A stretch of DNA of 64,000 nucleotides, from positions 4,806-68,805 of the forward strand of contig JAFGUB010000015.1 in NCBI GenBank assembly GCA_016938735.1, written 5' to 3'. The notes beneath the pieces are model-generated. The model ran no database searches. It was not told the DNA's origin and saw only the letters and a list, made by a program, of their open reading frames with translations. The translations under genes were made by a program, and so were the position numbers. This document shows, one piece after another, positions 38,972 through 49,562 of this stretch; the stretch's first letter is position 1; each line of letters starts with the position of its first letter. Source of the DNA: Campylobacterales bacterium (lineage in GTDB: Bacteria; Campylobacterota; Campylobacteria; Campylobacterales; Sulfurimonadaceae).

Positions 38972-39208
38972 ATGAGTGAAGTACCCTACAGCGATCTTTT
39001 TGCCCACGCACAGTCACTCAAAAGCGAAGGCTACACCCTCCTACTCGACATCGTAGGCATCGATTACCTCTACCTGCCGCGCAAAGAAGCCAAGCGTTTT
39101 GGGGTGATCTACCATCTGCGCCATGGGGATTTCGACCGTGTGGTTTCTTTACATGTAAGCGTGAACGAAGATGAGCCGATAAGTAGCCTGTCCCCTTTAT
39201 TTAGATAA
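38972..39208 (+). pseudogene. nuoC: nuoC 5' fragment, terminated by a TAA created inside a tandem duplication
   Basis: The 78 codons encode a NuoC-like N-terminus (LLLDIVGIDYL...YHL). The stop at 39206-39208 lies in the duplicated copy of GATAAGTAGCC... Confidence 0.75.
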
Positions 39209-39241
39209 GTAGCCTGTCCCCTTTATTTGTCCCCTTTATTT
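39178..39241 (+). repeat. Nested tandem duplication (25 nt + A + 25 nt + 13 nt) inside nuoC
   Basis: GATAAGTAGCCTGTCCCCTTTATTT occurs at 39178-39202 and 39204-39228, followed by GTCCCCTTTATTT at 39229-39241. The net insertion is 39 nt, which is in frame. Confidence 0.9.
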
Positions 39242-40624
39242 GAGAGTGCGGATTGGTTGGAGCGGGAGGTGTTTGATCAGTTTGGGCTGCGTTTTAGCGG
39301 CCATCCCAACCTCAAACGTGTGCTCAACCATGAGGAGTTTATCGGCCATCCGCTGCGCAAAGATTATGCCATTACCAAAGGCCAATACTGCACCCAGACT
39401 CAGGATTTGATGGATGAGATGGCGCCGCTGCTTACATGTAAGCATCTGGATATGGAGCGTGACAACCTTATGCTGCTCAACCTCGGCCCCTCACACCCCG
39501 CCAGCCACGGCACGCTGCGCACCCTTGTGGCGCTTGACGGCGAAGAGATCAAGGCGGGGGTGAGCGAGATCGGCTATCTGCACCGGGGCTTTGAGAAGTC
39601 GTGCGAAAACCACACCTATAACCAGATCGTCCCCTACACCGACCGGCTCAACTACTGCTCGGCGCTCATGAACAACATCGGTTTTTGCAAGGCGGTAGAG
39701 GAGATGATGGGCATCAAGCTGCCGGATCGTGGGATCTTTATCCGTGTGATCCTAAGTGAGCTTTCGCGCATTATCGACCACCTCGTCTGCCTCGCGGCGG
39801 GGCTGCTGGATATGGGGGCGCAGACCAACTACTGGTACCTCTTCAACCCGCGCGGGCTGGCCTATGACTTTCTCAGCCGCCTTACGGGGGCGCGGCTCAC
39901 CAACTCTTTTATGCGCATCGGCGGCATGGCGCACGATCTGCACGCGGGGTGGGAAGCGGAGCTAGAAAGCGTGCTGCGCTCGGTCGAGAGTGGCGTGGAT
40001 GAGAGCCTGCGCATGAGTGAGCACAACCGCATTTTTATCGACCGAACCCAAAATGTCTCGTGTGTGAGTGGGGAGCGGGCAGTGAACATGGGCTGGAGCG
40101 GCCCCAATCTACGTGCGTGCGGCGTCGCGTACGATCTACGTTTTGCCGCGCCTTATGACTACTACGACACCTTTGATTTTTCGATGGTCGTAGGCTCTTC
40201 GGGGGACACCTATGATCGGCTGATGGTGCGCTTTGAAGAGATCAAAGAGAGCCTCAGCATCATTCGTCAGGCCATAAAACGCATCCCTCAAGGAGCGGTC
40301 AGCGTTGCCGATCACGCCGTGACGCTGCCTAGCAAAAGCGCCGTTTATGGCACGATTGAAGGGGCGATGAATCAGTTTAAACTTATCTTCGAGGGGGTCA
40401 AAGTGCCCAAAGGAACCCACTACGGCGCCACCGAAGCGGCCAACGGCGAGCTGGGATTTACCATCATCAGTGATGGCAGCGGCACGCCCTACCGCGTGAA
40501 AGTCCGTGCGCCCAGTTTCATCCACATGGCAAGCTACCCCAAGATCATCGAAGGAAGCCAAATCGGCGATGCTATTTTGACACTTGGAAGCCTCAATATC
40601 ATTGCCGGGGAGATGGATCGATAA
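39227..40624 (+). CDS. nuoD: NuoC C-terminal part fused to NuoD (NuoCD), downstream of the duplication
   Basis: The 465-aa ORF uses TTG in the track. [18 protein letters not shown] is the NuoC core. After a linker, [14 protein letters not shown] onward is full-length NuoD. Confidence 0.85.
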   Translation: MSPLFESADWLEREVFDQFGLRFSGHPNLKRVLNHEEFIGHPLRKDYAITKGQYCTQTQDLMDEMAPLLTCKHLDMERDNLMLLNLGPSHPASHGTLRTLVALDGEEIKAGVSEIGYLHRGFEKSCENHTYNQIVPYTDRLNYCSALMNNIGFCKAVEEMMGIKLPDRGIFIRVILSELSRIIDHLVCLAAGLLDMGAQTNYWYLFNPRGLAYDFLSRLTGARLTNSFMRIGGMAHDLHAGWEAELESVLRSVESGVDESLRMSEHNRIFIDRTQNVSCVSGERAVNMGWSGPNLRACGVAYDLRFAAPYDYYDTFDFSMVVGSSGDTYDRLMVRFEEIKESLSIIRQAIKRIPQGAVSVADHAVTLPSKSAVYGTIEGAMNQFKLIFEGVKVPKGTHYGATEAANGELGFTIISDGSGTPYRVKVRAPSFIHMASYPKIIEGSQIGDAILTLGSLNIIAGEMDR

Positions 40625-41094
40625 TGTTTACCTTTACGCCCCAAAACCTCCAAAAGATCGAAGCGCTAAAAAGCCGCTACCCCTCCCCCAACGCCCTAGC
40701 CCTGCCGCTGCTGTGGATGGTGCAGGAGCAAGAGGGCACTATCAGCCTAGAGGCGATGGAGGCCGCCGCCCCCTTTTGCGACCTACCCCCCATCGAACTC
40801 TACCGCATCGCCACCTTTTACACGATGTTCAAGCTCGCCCCCACAGGCCGCCACCACATACAGCTGTGCAAAACCCTCTCGTGTGCTCTGTGCGGCAAAG
40901 CGGAGATTTTGGCGCATCTGCAAGAGCGCCTCGGCATCGGTGTGGGCGAGATGACTCCCGATGGGCGCTTTAGCCTGGAGCAGGTGGAGTGCTTGGGCTC
41001 CTGCGGCACCGCGCCCGTGATGCAGATCAACGACGTCAATTTTGAAAACCTCACCCCCAAAAAGATTGATGAGATTTTAAAGGCACTGTCATGA
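40624..41094 (+). CDS. nuoE: NADH-quinone oxidoreductase subunit E
   Basis: 156 aa. The 2Fe-2S cysteines lie in CKTLSCALCG...CLGSCGTAPV. Confidence 0.9.
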   Translation: MFTFTPQNLQKIEALKSRYPSPNALALPLLWMVQEQEGTISLEAMEAAAPFCDLPPIELYRIATFYTMFKLAPTGRHHIQLCKTLSCALCGKAEILAHLQERLGIGVGEMTPDGRFSLEQVECLGSCGTAPVMQINDVNFENLTPKKIDEILKALS

Positions 41095-42329
41095 GAGACG
41101 CACGTATCGTCAGCCGCCGCTTTGAGCTTCCCCAAAGCCACACCCTCGAAGTGGCTCGTGCGCACGGAGCCTATACGCGACTAAGCGAGGCCTTCGATAA
41201 AACCCCTTCCGAGCTGATCGAGATCATCGATCAAAGCGGCCTGCGCGGCAAAGGGGGCGGGGGTGCCGGTGCGGGGGAGAAGTGGAAACTGATGCTGCCA
41301 CACGATCCTCGCCCCAAATACCTCGCGGTCAACTGCGACGAATCGGAACCCGGCACCTTCAAAGACCGTCAAATCATCACCAAAGATCCCCATCTGCTGA
41401 TTGAGGGGATCATCCTCACCTGCTACGCGATTGGGGCGCGCGCGGCTTATATCTACATTCGCGGCGAATACCGTGCGCATCAGCAGATTTTGCAAGCCGC
41501 GATTGATGAAGCCGAAGCGGCGGGGCTCTTACATGTAAAGGGTGCGCCGCTCCTCATCACCGTCCATCGCGGCGCGGGGGCTTACATCTGCGGCGAAAAA
41601 TCGGCGCTGCTCGAATCCATGGAGGGCAAACGGGGCCATCCGCGCCTCAAGCCCAAACAAAAAGAGTGCGAGTGGTATTTTGGCAACCCCACGCTGGTCA
41701 ACAACGTCGAAACCATCGCGTCCGTCCCCTTCATCCTCTATGAAGGTGCAGCGGCGTACCGCAGCTTCGGTACGGAAAAAAGCCCCGGCACCCTGCTCTT
41801 TGCCCTAAGCGGCCACGTGCAGCGCCCCGGCGTCTATGAGGCGGAGTTTGGCACCTCGATGATGGCGTACATTGAGCACTTCGGCGGCGGCATACGCAAA
41901 GGCAAAAAGCTCAAAGCGGTGATCCCCGGCGGCGCTTCGACGGCGGTGCTCACGGCGCAGGAAGCTCTTGAAGCGTGTCTGGATTATGAGAGTATGCAGA
42001 GCTTGTATAGCGCACTGGGCACGGGCGGTATGATCGTGATGGATGAGGATACCGATATGGTCTTGGCACTCAAAAACCTGCTGGAGTTTTACCGCCACGA
42101 GAGCTGCGGACAGTGTACGCCCTGTCGTGAGGGCACGGGGCTGGCCGATACCCTGCTATCGCGCGTGCTGGAGGGGCACGGCAACACTGGCGATATCGAC
42201 AAACTGCTCGAACTCGCCTCCACGATGGATGGTCAAACCATCTGCGTCTTCGCTCCGGCGGTCGCCATCGTGATTCGCGGCTTTTTGCTCAAGTTTAGAA
42301 GCGAATTTGAAGCGAGGATGCACGCATGA
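41091..42329 (+). CDS. nuoF: NADH-quinone oxidoreductase subunit F
   Basis: 412 aa with the GLRGKGGGGAG FMN/NADH site and the ESCGQCTPCREG 4Fe-4S site. Confidence 0.95.
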   Translation: MRDARIVSRRFELPQSHTLEVARAHGAYTRLSEAFDKTPSELIEIIDQSGLRGKGGGGAGAGEKWKLMLPHDPRPKYLAVNCDESEPGTFKDRQIITKDPHLLIEGIILTCYAIGARAAYIYIRGEYRAHQQILQAAIDEAEAAGLLHVKGAPLLITVHRGAGAYICGEKSALLESMEGKRGHPRLKPKQKECEWYFGNPTLVNNVETIASVPFILYEGAAAYRSFGTEKSPGTLLFALSGHVQRPGVYEAEFGTSMMAYIEHFGGGIRKGKKLKAVIPGGASTAVLTAQEALEACLDYESMQSLYSALGTGGMIVMDEDTDMVLALKNLLEFYRHESCGQCTPCREGTGLADTLLSRVLEGHGNTGDIDKLLELASTMDGQTICVFAPAVAIVIRGFLLKFRSEFEARMHA

Positions 42330-43591
42330 TCGAGATTTTTGTGAACGATCAGAGCTTACATGTAAACGAAGGAGTGCTGCTGATCGAAGCACTGATTCAA
42401 AACCGCATCGACATCCCCTACTTTTGCTACCACGAAGCGCTGGGGATGGATGGGAATTGCCGCATGTGCATGGTGGGCATCGAAGGGCAAAAACGCCCGC
42501 AAATCGCCTGCGACACCATCGTCAAAGCGGGGATGCGGGTGCACACTACGGGGGAGCGCATCGAAGATGTACGGCGGCGGATTTTGGAGCTCGAACTCGT
42601 CAACCACCCCGTCGATTGCCCCATCTGCGATCAGGCGGGCGAGTGCAAGCTGCAGGACTTTTATATGGATTACGGGCTTTATGATAGTGCCGTGAGCAAG
42701 GGTGAAAAAGTGCACGGTGCCAAACACGTCGATCTGGGCGCTAACGTCATGCTCGATCAGGAGCGCTGCGTGCTCTGCGCACGCTGCACGCGCTTTACAT
42801 GTAACATCACCAAAACCCATGAGCTGGGCATCATCGGACGGGGCGATCACGCCCGCATCAGCACCATGCCGGGCCGTAAGCTCTCCAACCCCTACGCCAT
42901 GAACGTGGTCGATCTCTGCCCCGTGGGGGCGCTCACAAGCAAAGATTTTCGCTTCGCCCAGCGTGTCTGGTTTCTTAGCTCCACCCCTTCGGTCTGTCAC
43001 AGCTGCGCGAAGGGGTGCAATATCTTCATCGATCACAACGCCCCCAAATACCAAAAAGAGCGCATCTACCGCTTCCGCCCTCGCCGCAACGACGCGGTGA
43101 ATGGACATTTTATCTGCGACGCGGGACGGCTGAGCTACAAAAGCTTAAACGACCACCGCCTTACATGTAACAACCCTGACGCAATGGATCGTGCCAAAGC
43201 GCTCATCCAAGCAGCGCACAATATCGCGCTGCTCGTCGATGCCAACCTCTACTGTGAGCAGCTCGACGCGCTGGTCGCTTTTGCGCAGCGCATCGGCGCA
43301 CAGCTCTACTGCCCCAACCAATGCTACTACGATGAGGGCTTCGGCGATGAGTGGCTCAGACGCCCTTGGCGCGCGGCCAATCTGGCCCATATCAACACGC
43401 TAGGCATCACACAAAGCACGCCAAGCGAAGCGCACGATCTGATCATCAGCTTCAACCACCCTGACCTAAGTAGCCTTACATGTAAGCATAAAATCGCCTT
43501 CTCGACCCATGAGGGCGTAGAAGCCGACGTGGTTTTGGCGCTGCGCTCATGGGCGGAGGAGGCGGGAACGCTGATCAATATCACGGCATAG
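42326..43591 (+). CDS. nuoG: NADH-quinone oxidoreductase subunit G (short form)
   Basis: 421 aa with CYHEALGMDGNCRMC, HPVDCPICDQAGEC, CVLCARCTRF and CPVGALT Fe-S blocks. The molybdopterin-like part is strongly shortened. A 3' frameshift is possible (see findings). Confidence 0.85.
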   Translation: MIEIFVNDQSLHVNEGVLLIEALIQNRIDIPYFCYHEALGMDGNCRMCMVGIEGQKRPQIACDTIVKAGMRVHTTGERIEDVRRRILELELVNHPVDCPICDQAGECKLQDFYMDYGLYDSAVSKGEKVHGAKHVDLGANVMLDQERCVLCARCTRFTCNITKTHELGIIGRGDHARISTMPGRKLSNPYAMNVVDLCPVGALTSKDFRFAQRVWFLSSTPSVCHSCAKGCNIFIDHNAPKYQKERIYRFRPRRNDAVNGHFICDAGRLSYKSLNDHRLTCNNPDAMDRAKALIQAAHNIALLVDANLYCEQLDALVAFAQRIGAQLYCPNQCYYDEGFGDEWLRRPWRAANLAHINTLGITQSTPSEAHDLIISFNHPDLSSLTCKHKIAFSTHEGVEADVVLALRSWAEEAGTLINITA

Positions 43592-43658
43592 CGCAGCACT
43601 GCCCTCAGACCCTGCAAAGCGATCTGAACACGCTTGAAGCTTATCTCAAGGCGCTCTT

Positions 43659-44954
43659 ATGAGTACCGCCGCGCTGATCGTTACCCTTGGCTCCGTCGTG
43701 CTCGCCGCGCTACTCGCACTCATGATGATCCCCGTGCTGGTGTGGCTGGAGCGGCGCATTGCGGGGCTGATCCAAGACCGCGTGGGGCCCAACCGCACCA
43801 ACATTATGGGCTTTCGCCTCGGCGGCGTGATCCAATCTTTTGCCGACGTGATCAAGCTGGTCTTTAAAGAGGAGTACTACCCCGGCCACATCCAAACGGG
43901 CCGCGCGCTTTACATCCTCGCCCCCGCCATCACCTTTAGCGCCGCGCTGCTGGCCTTTATGACCATCCCTTTTGCCGACACGTTACATGTAAGCGGTGAA
44001 GCGCTGCGTATTCAGGCGCTGCCGGTCGATTACGGCATCTTGTGGTACCTCGCCATCGGGGCGCTGGGGATCATCGGCGTGCTCTTTGGCGGCTGGCTGA
44101 GCCACAACAAATACGCCCTGCTTGGCACCCAGCGCGCGGGCTCCATGGGGCTGAGCTACGAACTGCCGCTGGGTCTTGCGGTGGTCTCGATGCTGCTGAC
44201 GTACAACACCATCGATTTTAATGCGATGGTGGCATGGCAGACCCAAACGGTGCTTGGGTTTTTACCCGCGTGGGGGGTGGTGGTGCAGCCGCTCGCCTTC
44301 ATCCTCTTTAGCGTCGCGCTCTTTGCCGAAACCAATCGCGCCCCCTTTAACGTCGTCGAAGGGGAGAGCGAGATCGTCTCGGGCCACATGACGGAGTTTT
44401 CGGCGATGAAATTCGCCCTCTATTTTATGGGCGAGTATATCGCCATGAACTCCGCCGCCGCCGTGATTATCACGATGTTTTTTGGCGGCTATCAGCTCCC
44501 CTATCTCTCCAGCGCAGAGCTGATCGAATCCTTTGGGACGTTTAGCCTCGCTTTGATGGTGATCACCCCCCTGATCATCTACGCCTTTATCCGCTGGATG
44601 CGCCGCAACAACGATGTGCGCTCCACGCTGAGCCATGATGGCGGGCGGCGCTTTGAAGCGCGGGTACTCACCATCGTACTGCTCATCAAGCTGGTGGTGT
44701 TGGAGCTGATTTTCGCCTACTTCGCCTTTGCGCAGCCCTCCGCGCTGCAGACACAAATAGCGGTCGCGGTGGTGCAGATCGCCGTTTTTATCGTGAAATT
44801 GATGCTCTTTAACATCTTCTTCATCGTCGTGCGCTGGACGCTGCCGCGCTTTCGTTTTGATCAGGTGCAGCGGCTTGGGTGGTACTACCTGCTGCCGCTT
44901 GGGCTACTCAATATCTTTATCACGGCCATCGTGATTGTGGGGGTGGGATCATGA
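43659..44954 (+). CDS. nuoH: NADH-quinone oxidoreductase subunit H
   Basis: 431-aa polytopic protein with the LERRIAGLIQDRVGPNR N-terminal block. Confidence 0.9.
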   Translation: MSTAALIVTLGSVVLAALLALMMIPVLVWLERRIAGLIQDRVGPNRTNIMGFRLGGVIQSFADVIKLVFKEEYYPGHIQTGRALYILAPAITFSAALLAFMTIPFADTLHVSGEALRIQALPVDYGILWYLAIGALGIIGVLFGGWLSHNKYALLGTQRAGSMGLSYELPLGLAVVSMLLTYNTIDFNAMVAWQTQTVLGFLPAWGVVVQPLAFILFSVALFAETNRAPFNVVEGESEIVSGHMTEFSAMKFALYFMGEYIAMNSAAAVIITMFFGGYQLPYLSSAELIESFGTFSLALMVITPLIIYAFIRWMRRNNDVRSTLSHDGGRRFEARVLTIVLLIKLVVLELIFAYFAFAQPSALQTQIAVAVVQIAVFIVKLMLFNIFFIVVRWTLPRFRFDQVQRLGWYYLLPLGLLNIFITAIVIVGVGS

Positions 44955-45448
44955 AAATCCGCGTCGTGCAGCGCCACGGAACTGCGCTGAAAGACCGACT
45001 CTACCTCCCCGCCATCTGGCAAGGGCTCAAGATCACCGCCACGCATCTGCTCAAAAACGTCGGCGACATCAAAAGCGTCGATGTGCTCGAATACCCCGAA
45101 GAGCAGCCCAGCGACATCACCAACCGCTACCGTGGGCTGCACCGCCTCACGCACCGAGAAGACGGCAGCGTACGCTGCGTGGCGTGTTACATGTGCGCCA
45201 CGGCCTGCCCGGCGGGCTGTATCTTTATCGAGGCCGCAGAACGTACCGACGGCGTCGATGAGAAGATGCCTTCTCGTTTTGCCATCGATACGCTCGAATG
45301 CGTCTTTTGCGGCTACTGCGTCGAAGCCTGCCCCTGTGACGCCATCCGCATGGACACCGGAATTTTCTCGCTGATCGGCTCACGGCGTGAGGATTTTGTG
45401 CTCGAAAAAGAGCAACTACTCGCCCATAAAGGAGCCTTTGATGAGTGA
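44951..45448 (+). CDS. nuoI: NADH-quinone oxidoreductase subunit I
   Basis: The ATG overlaps the nuoH stop (ATGA). There are two ferredoxin motifs, CVACYMCATACP and CVFCGYCVEACP. Confidence 0.9.
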   Translation: MKIRVVQRHGTALKDRLYLPAIWQGLKITATHLLKNVGDIKSVDVLEYPEEQPSDITNRYRGLHRLTHREDGSVRCVACYMCATACPAGCIFIEAAERTDGVDEKMPSRFAIDTLECVFCGYCVEACPCDAIRMDTGIFSLIGSRREDFVLEKEQLLAHKGAFDE

Positions 45449-45947
45449 ATCGATCATCTTTTACGTTTTGGCGCTTTTTCTCATCGGCGGCGCATCGGGG
45501 ATGATCACCGCGCGGCGCACCATCTTTAGCGCCGCTTCGTTTATGCTCGCCATGATCGCCCTTGCCGGAATGTTCGCGCTGCTAAACCAGAGCTTTCTCT
45601 TTTTGGCGCAACTGCTCGTGGCGGTAGGGGCGATCATCACGCTCTCGATGCTGGTGATCGTCTCGGTCAATATCTCTGAGCGCTACATCCCCAAAGAGCC
45701 GCATCTGGGGCGCGATCTTTTGCTGGGCGTAGTGATCGCCGCGCCCATCGTCGCACTCATCATCACGGCGCTGCGCACCCATTTTGCCGCCTCCTTCGCC
45801 CCGATACCCGACACCTTCGGCACCTTAGCCTCCATCGGCGCGACCCTTTTTGCCTCATGGGTGCTCCCTTTTGAGCTGATCAGTCTGCTGCTGCTCGCCG
45901 CGCTCATCGGCGCTGTGGTCATCTCGCGCAAAGGGGAGCGCTCATGA
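45441..45947 (+). CDS. nuoJ: NADH-quinone oxidoreductase subunit J
   Basis: The ATG at 45441 overlaps the nuoI stop by 8 nt. About 168 aa with 5 TM helices, in the position between nuoI and nuoK. Confidence 0.85.
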   Translation: MSESIIFYVLALFLIGGASGMITARRTIFSAASFMLAMIALAGMFALLNQSFLFLAQLLVAVGAIITLSMLVIVSVNISERYIPKEPHLGRDLLLGVVIAAPIVALIITALRTHFAASFAPIPDTFGTLASIGATLFASWVLPFELISLLLLAALIGAVVISRKGERS

Positions 45948-46251
45948 GCCCGCTGCACTTTTTACTCCTTGGCACCCTGCTCTTTGGCATCGGTCTGGTG
46001 GGTGTGATCGCCAGACGCAATCTCTTTGTGGTCTATATGTCCATCGAACTGATGCTCAGCGCCGTCAATCTGCTGCTCGCCACCTTTTCGCGCATTCGCG
46101 GCGATGAGGGCGGCGCGGTGCTCTCACTGCTGCTGATTGCCGTGATTGCGGCTGAAGCGGCGATCTTTTTAGCGATGATCATTGCTCTGTTTCGCGCCAA
46201 ACGCAGCATCGACGCGCACGACTTTACGCAGCTTTCTCAGGAGCACAACGC

Positions 46252-46255
<4 letters not shown>
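45944..46255 (+). CDS. nuoK: NADH-quinone oxidoreductase subunit K
   Basis: 103 aa with 3 TM helices and a conserved Glu in the helices (SIELML, AAEAA). Confidence 0.9.
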
Positions 46256-48116
<1,861 letters not shown>

Positions 48117-48117
<1 letters not shown>

Positions 48118-49562
48118 TGGATACCGTGCTAAGCTGGATCATCTTTATGCCCCTGCTGGGCATGGCGCTGGGCGGCGTGCTGCGTGCCTCGCTGAATCTG
48201 CTGCGGCTTTTGGCTTTTGGCTCATCGCTGCTGGTGCTCGCACTCGCGCTGGCGCTGGCGTGGCACTTCGATGCGGATGCGGGAATGCAGTTTGTCATGA
48301 TCGCGCCGTGGATCAAGAGCTACGGCGTCACCTACTACGTGGGGGTCGATGCCTTTTCGCTCATTTTGGTGCTGATCATCGCGCTGCTGATGCCGCTGCT
48401 CTATCTTTACATGTACCGCGAAGCGCGTCACGGTTACTGGTATCTGATGATGGCGCTGCAAACGGGGGTGATGGGCGCGGCGCTTTCGCTGGATCTGATG
48501 CTCTTTTATCTTTTTTGGGAGACGATGCTTTTGCCCGTGTTTATCATGATCGGGCGCTACGGCAGCAACAACCACCCCTTTTATGCGATGAAACTGCTGG
48601 TGATGACGGTCTTTGGCTCGATGGCCATGCTGCTCAGCATCCTCTACATGGGGTACGGTTTCTACGCCGAGCACGGATTTTGGAGCTTCGCGCTTAGCGA
48701 TTTGGCCCAAGACTCGCACGGGGCTCTGGTGGCGGCGGGCTTTTTGCTCGCCTTTGCCATCAAGATCCCCTTGCCGCTCTTTCACACCTGGATGGCGGGC
48801 AGCTACGGCTCTGCGCCCACACCGGCGGTGGTGATCATGTCTTCGGTGATGGCGAAGCTCGGCGCGTACGGCTTGTGGCGTTTTGGCTTCTCACTCTTTG
48901 AAGGGAGCCTGCACCACTTTGAGCCTTACCTCATCGCACTCGCCCTCTTTGGACTGCTCTTTTTTGCCCTGCACGCCGTGATGGAGCGCGATTTACGCCG
49001 TATGTTCGCCTACTCTTCAGGTTCGCACCTCTCGCTCATCGCTCTAGGCATCATGATCCAAAACCACTATGGCCTCTCCGGTGCGCTCTACCTCATCGCC
49101 ACCCACGCCCTCGCCTCGGCGGGGATCTTCTTGATGATCGGGCTGATCTTCGCGCGTGTGCGCACGCTGGAGATAGCCCAGCTCGGCGGCATCGCACAAT
49201 CGGCGCCGAAATTTGCCTTTTTCTTCGCTTTTTTTGCGCTGTGTATCGCGGGGGTGCCGGGCACCGGTGGTTTTGTCGCGGAGCTACTGATCATCATCGG
49301 TGCGTTTGAGTATGGCTTAGCTACGGGCGTGCTCGCCGCCACCACCATACTGGCGGCGATCCTCTTTATCTTCTGGATGCTTCAGCGCGTGCTTTTCGGG
49401 CCGCAAAGCCGTCAAACCGAAGGCTTTGTCGATCTGGGTGCGCGTGAAGTGGCGATGCTTGCCCCGTTGGTGCTTTTACTACTGCTCAGCGGGATTGCGC
49501 CGAACCTCTTTACGCCGCTTTTTGAACCTTCGCTCGCCTTGATGCTAGGAGGCCGCCCGTGA
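48117..49562 (+). CDS. nuoM: NADH-quinone oxidoreductase subunit M
   Basis: The ATG overlaps the nuoL TAA (TAATG). The alternative ATG is at 48105. It is an antiporter-like subunit with the FYLFWETMLLPVF block. Confidence 0.9.

Noticed and set aside
38814-39017. Long N-terminal extension of the hsdM ORF (track ORF 37293..39017)
   Set aside because: The extension runs antisense through the duplicated nuo promoter module and into nuoC. The canonical HsdM N-terminus starts at the ATG at 38813.
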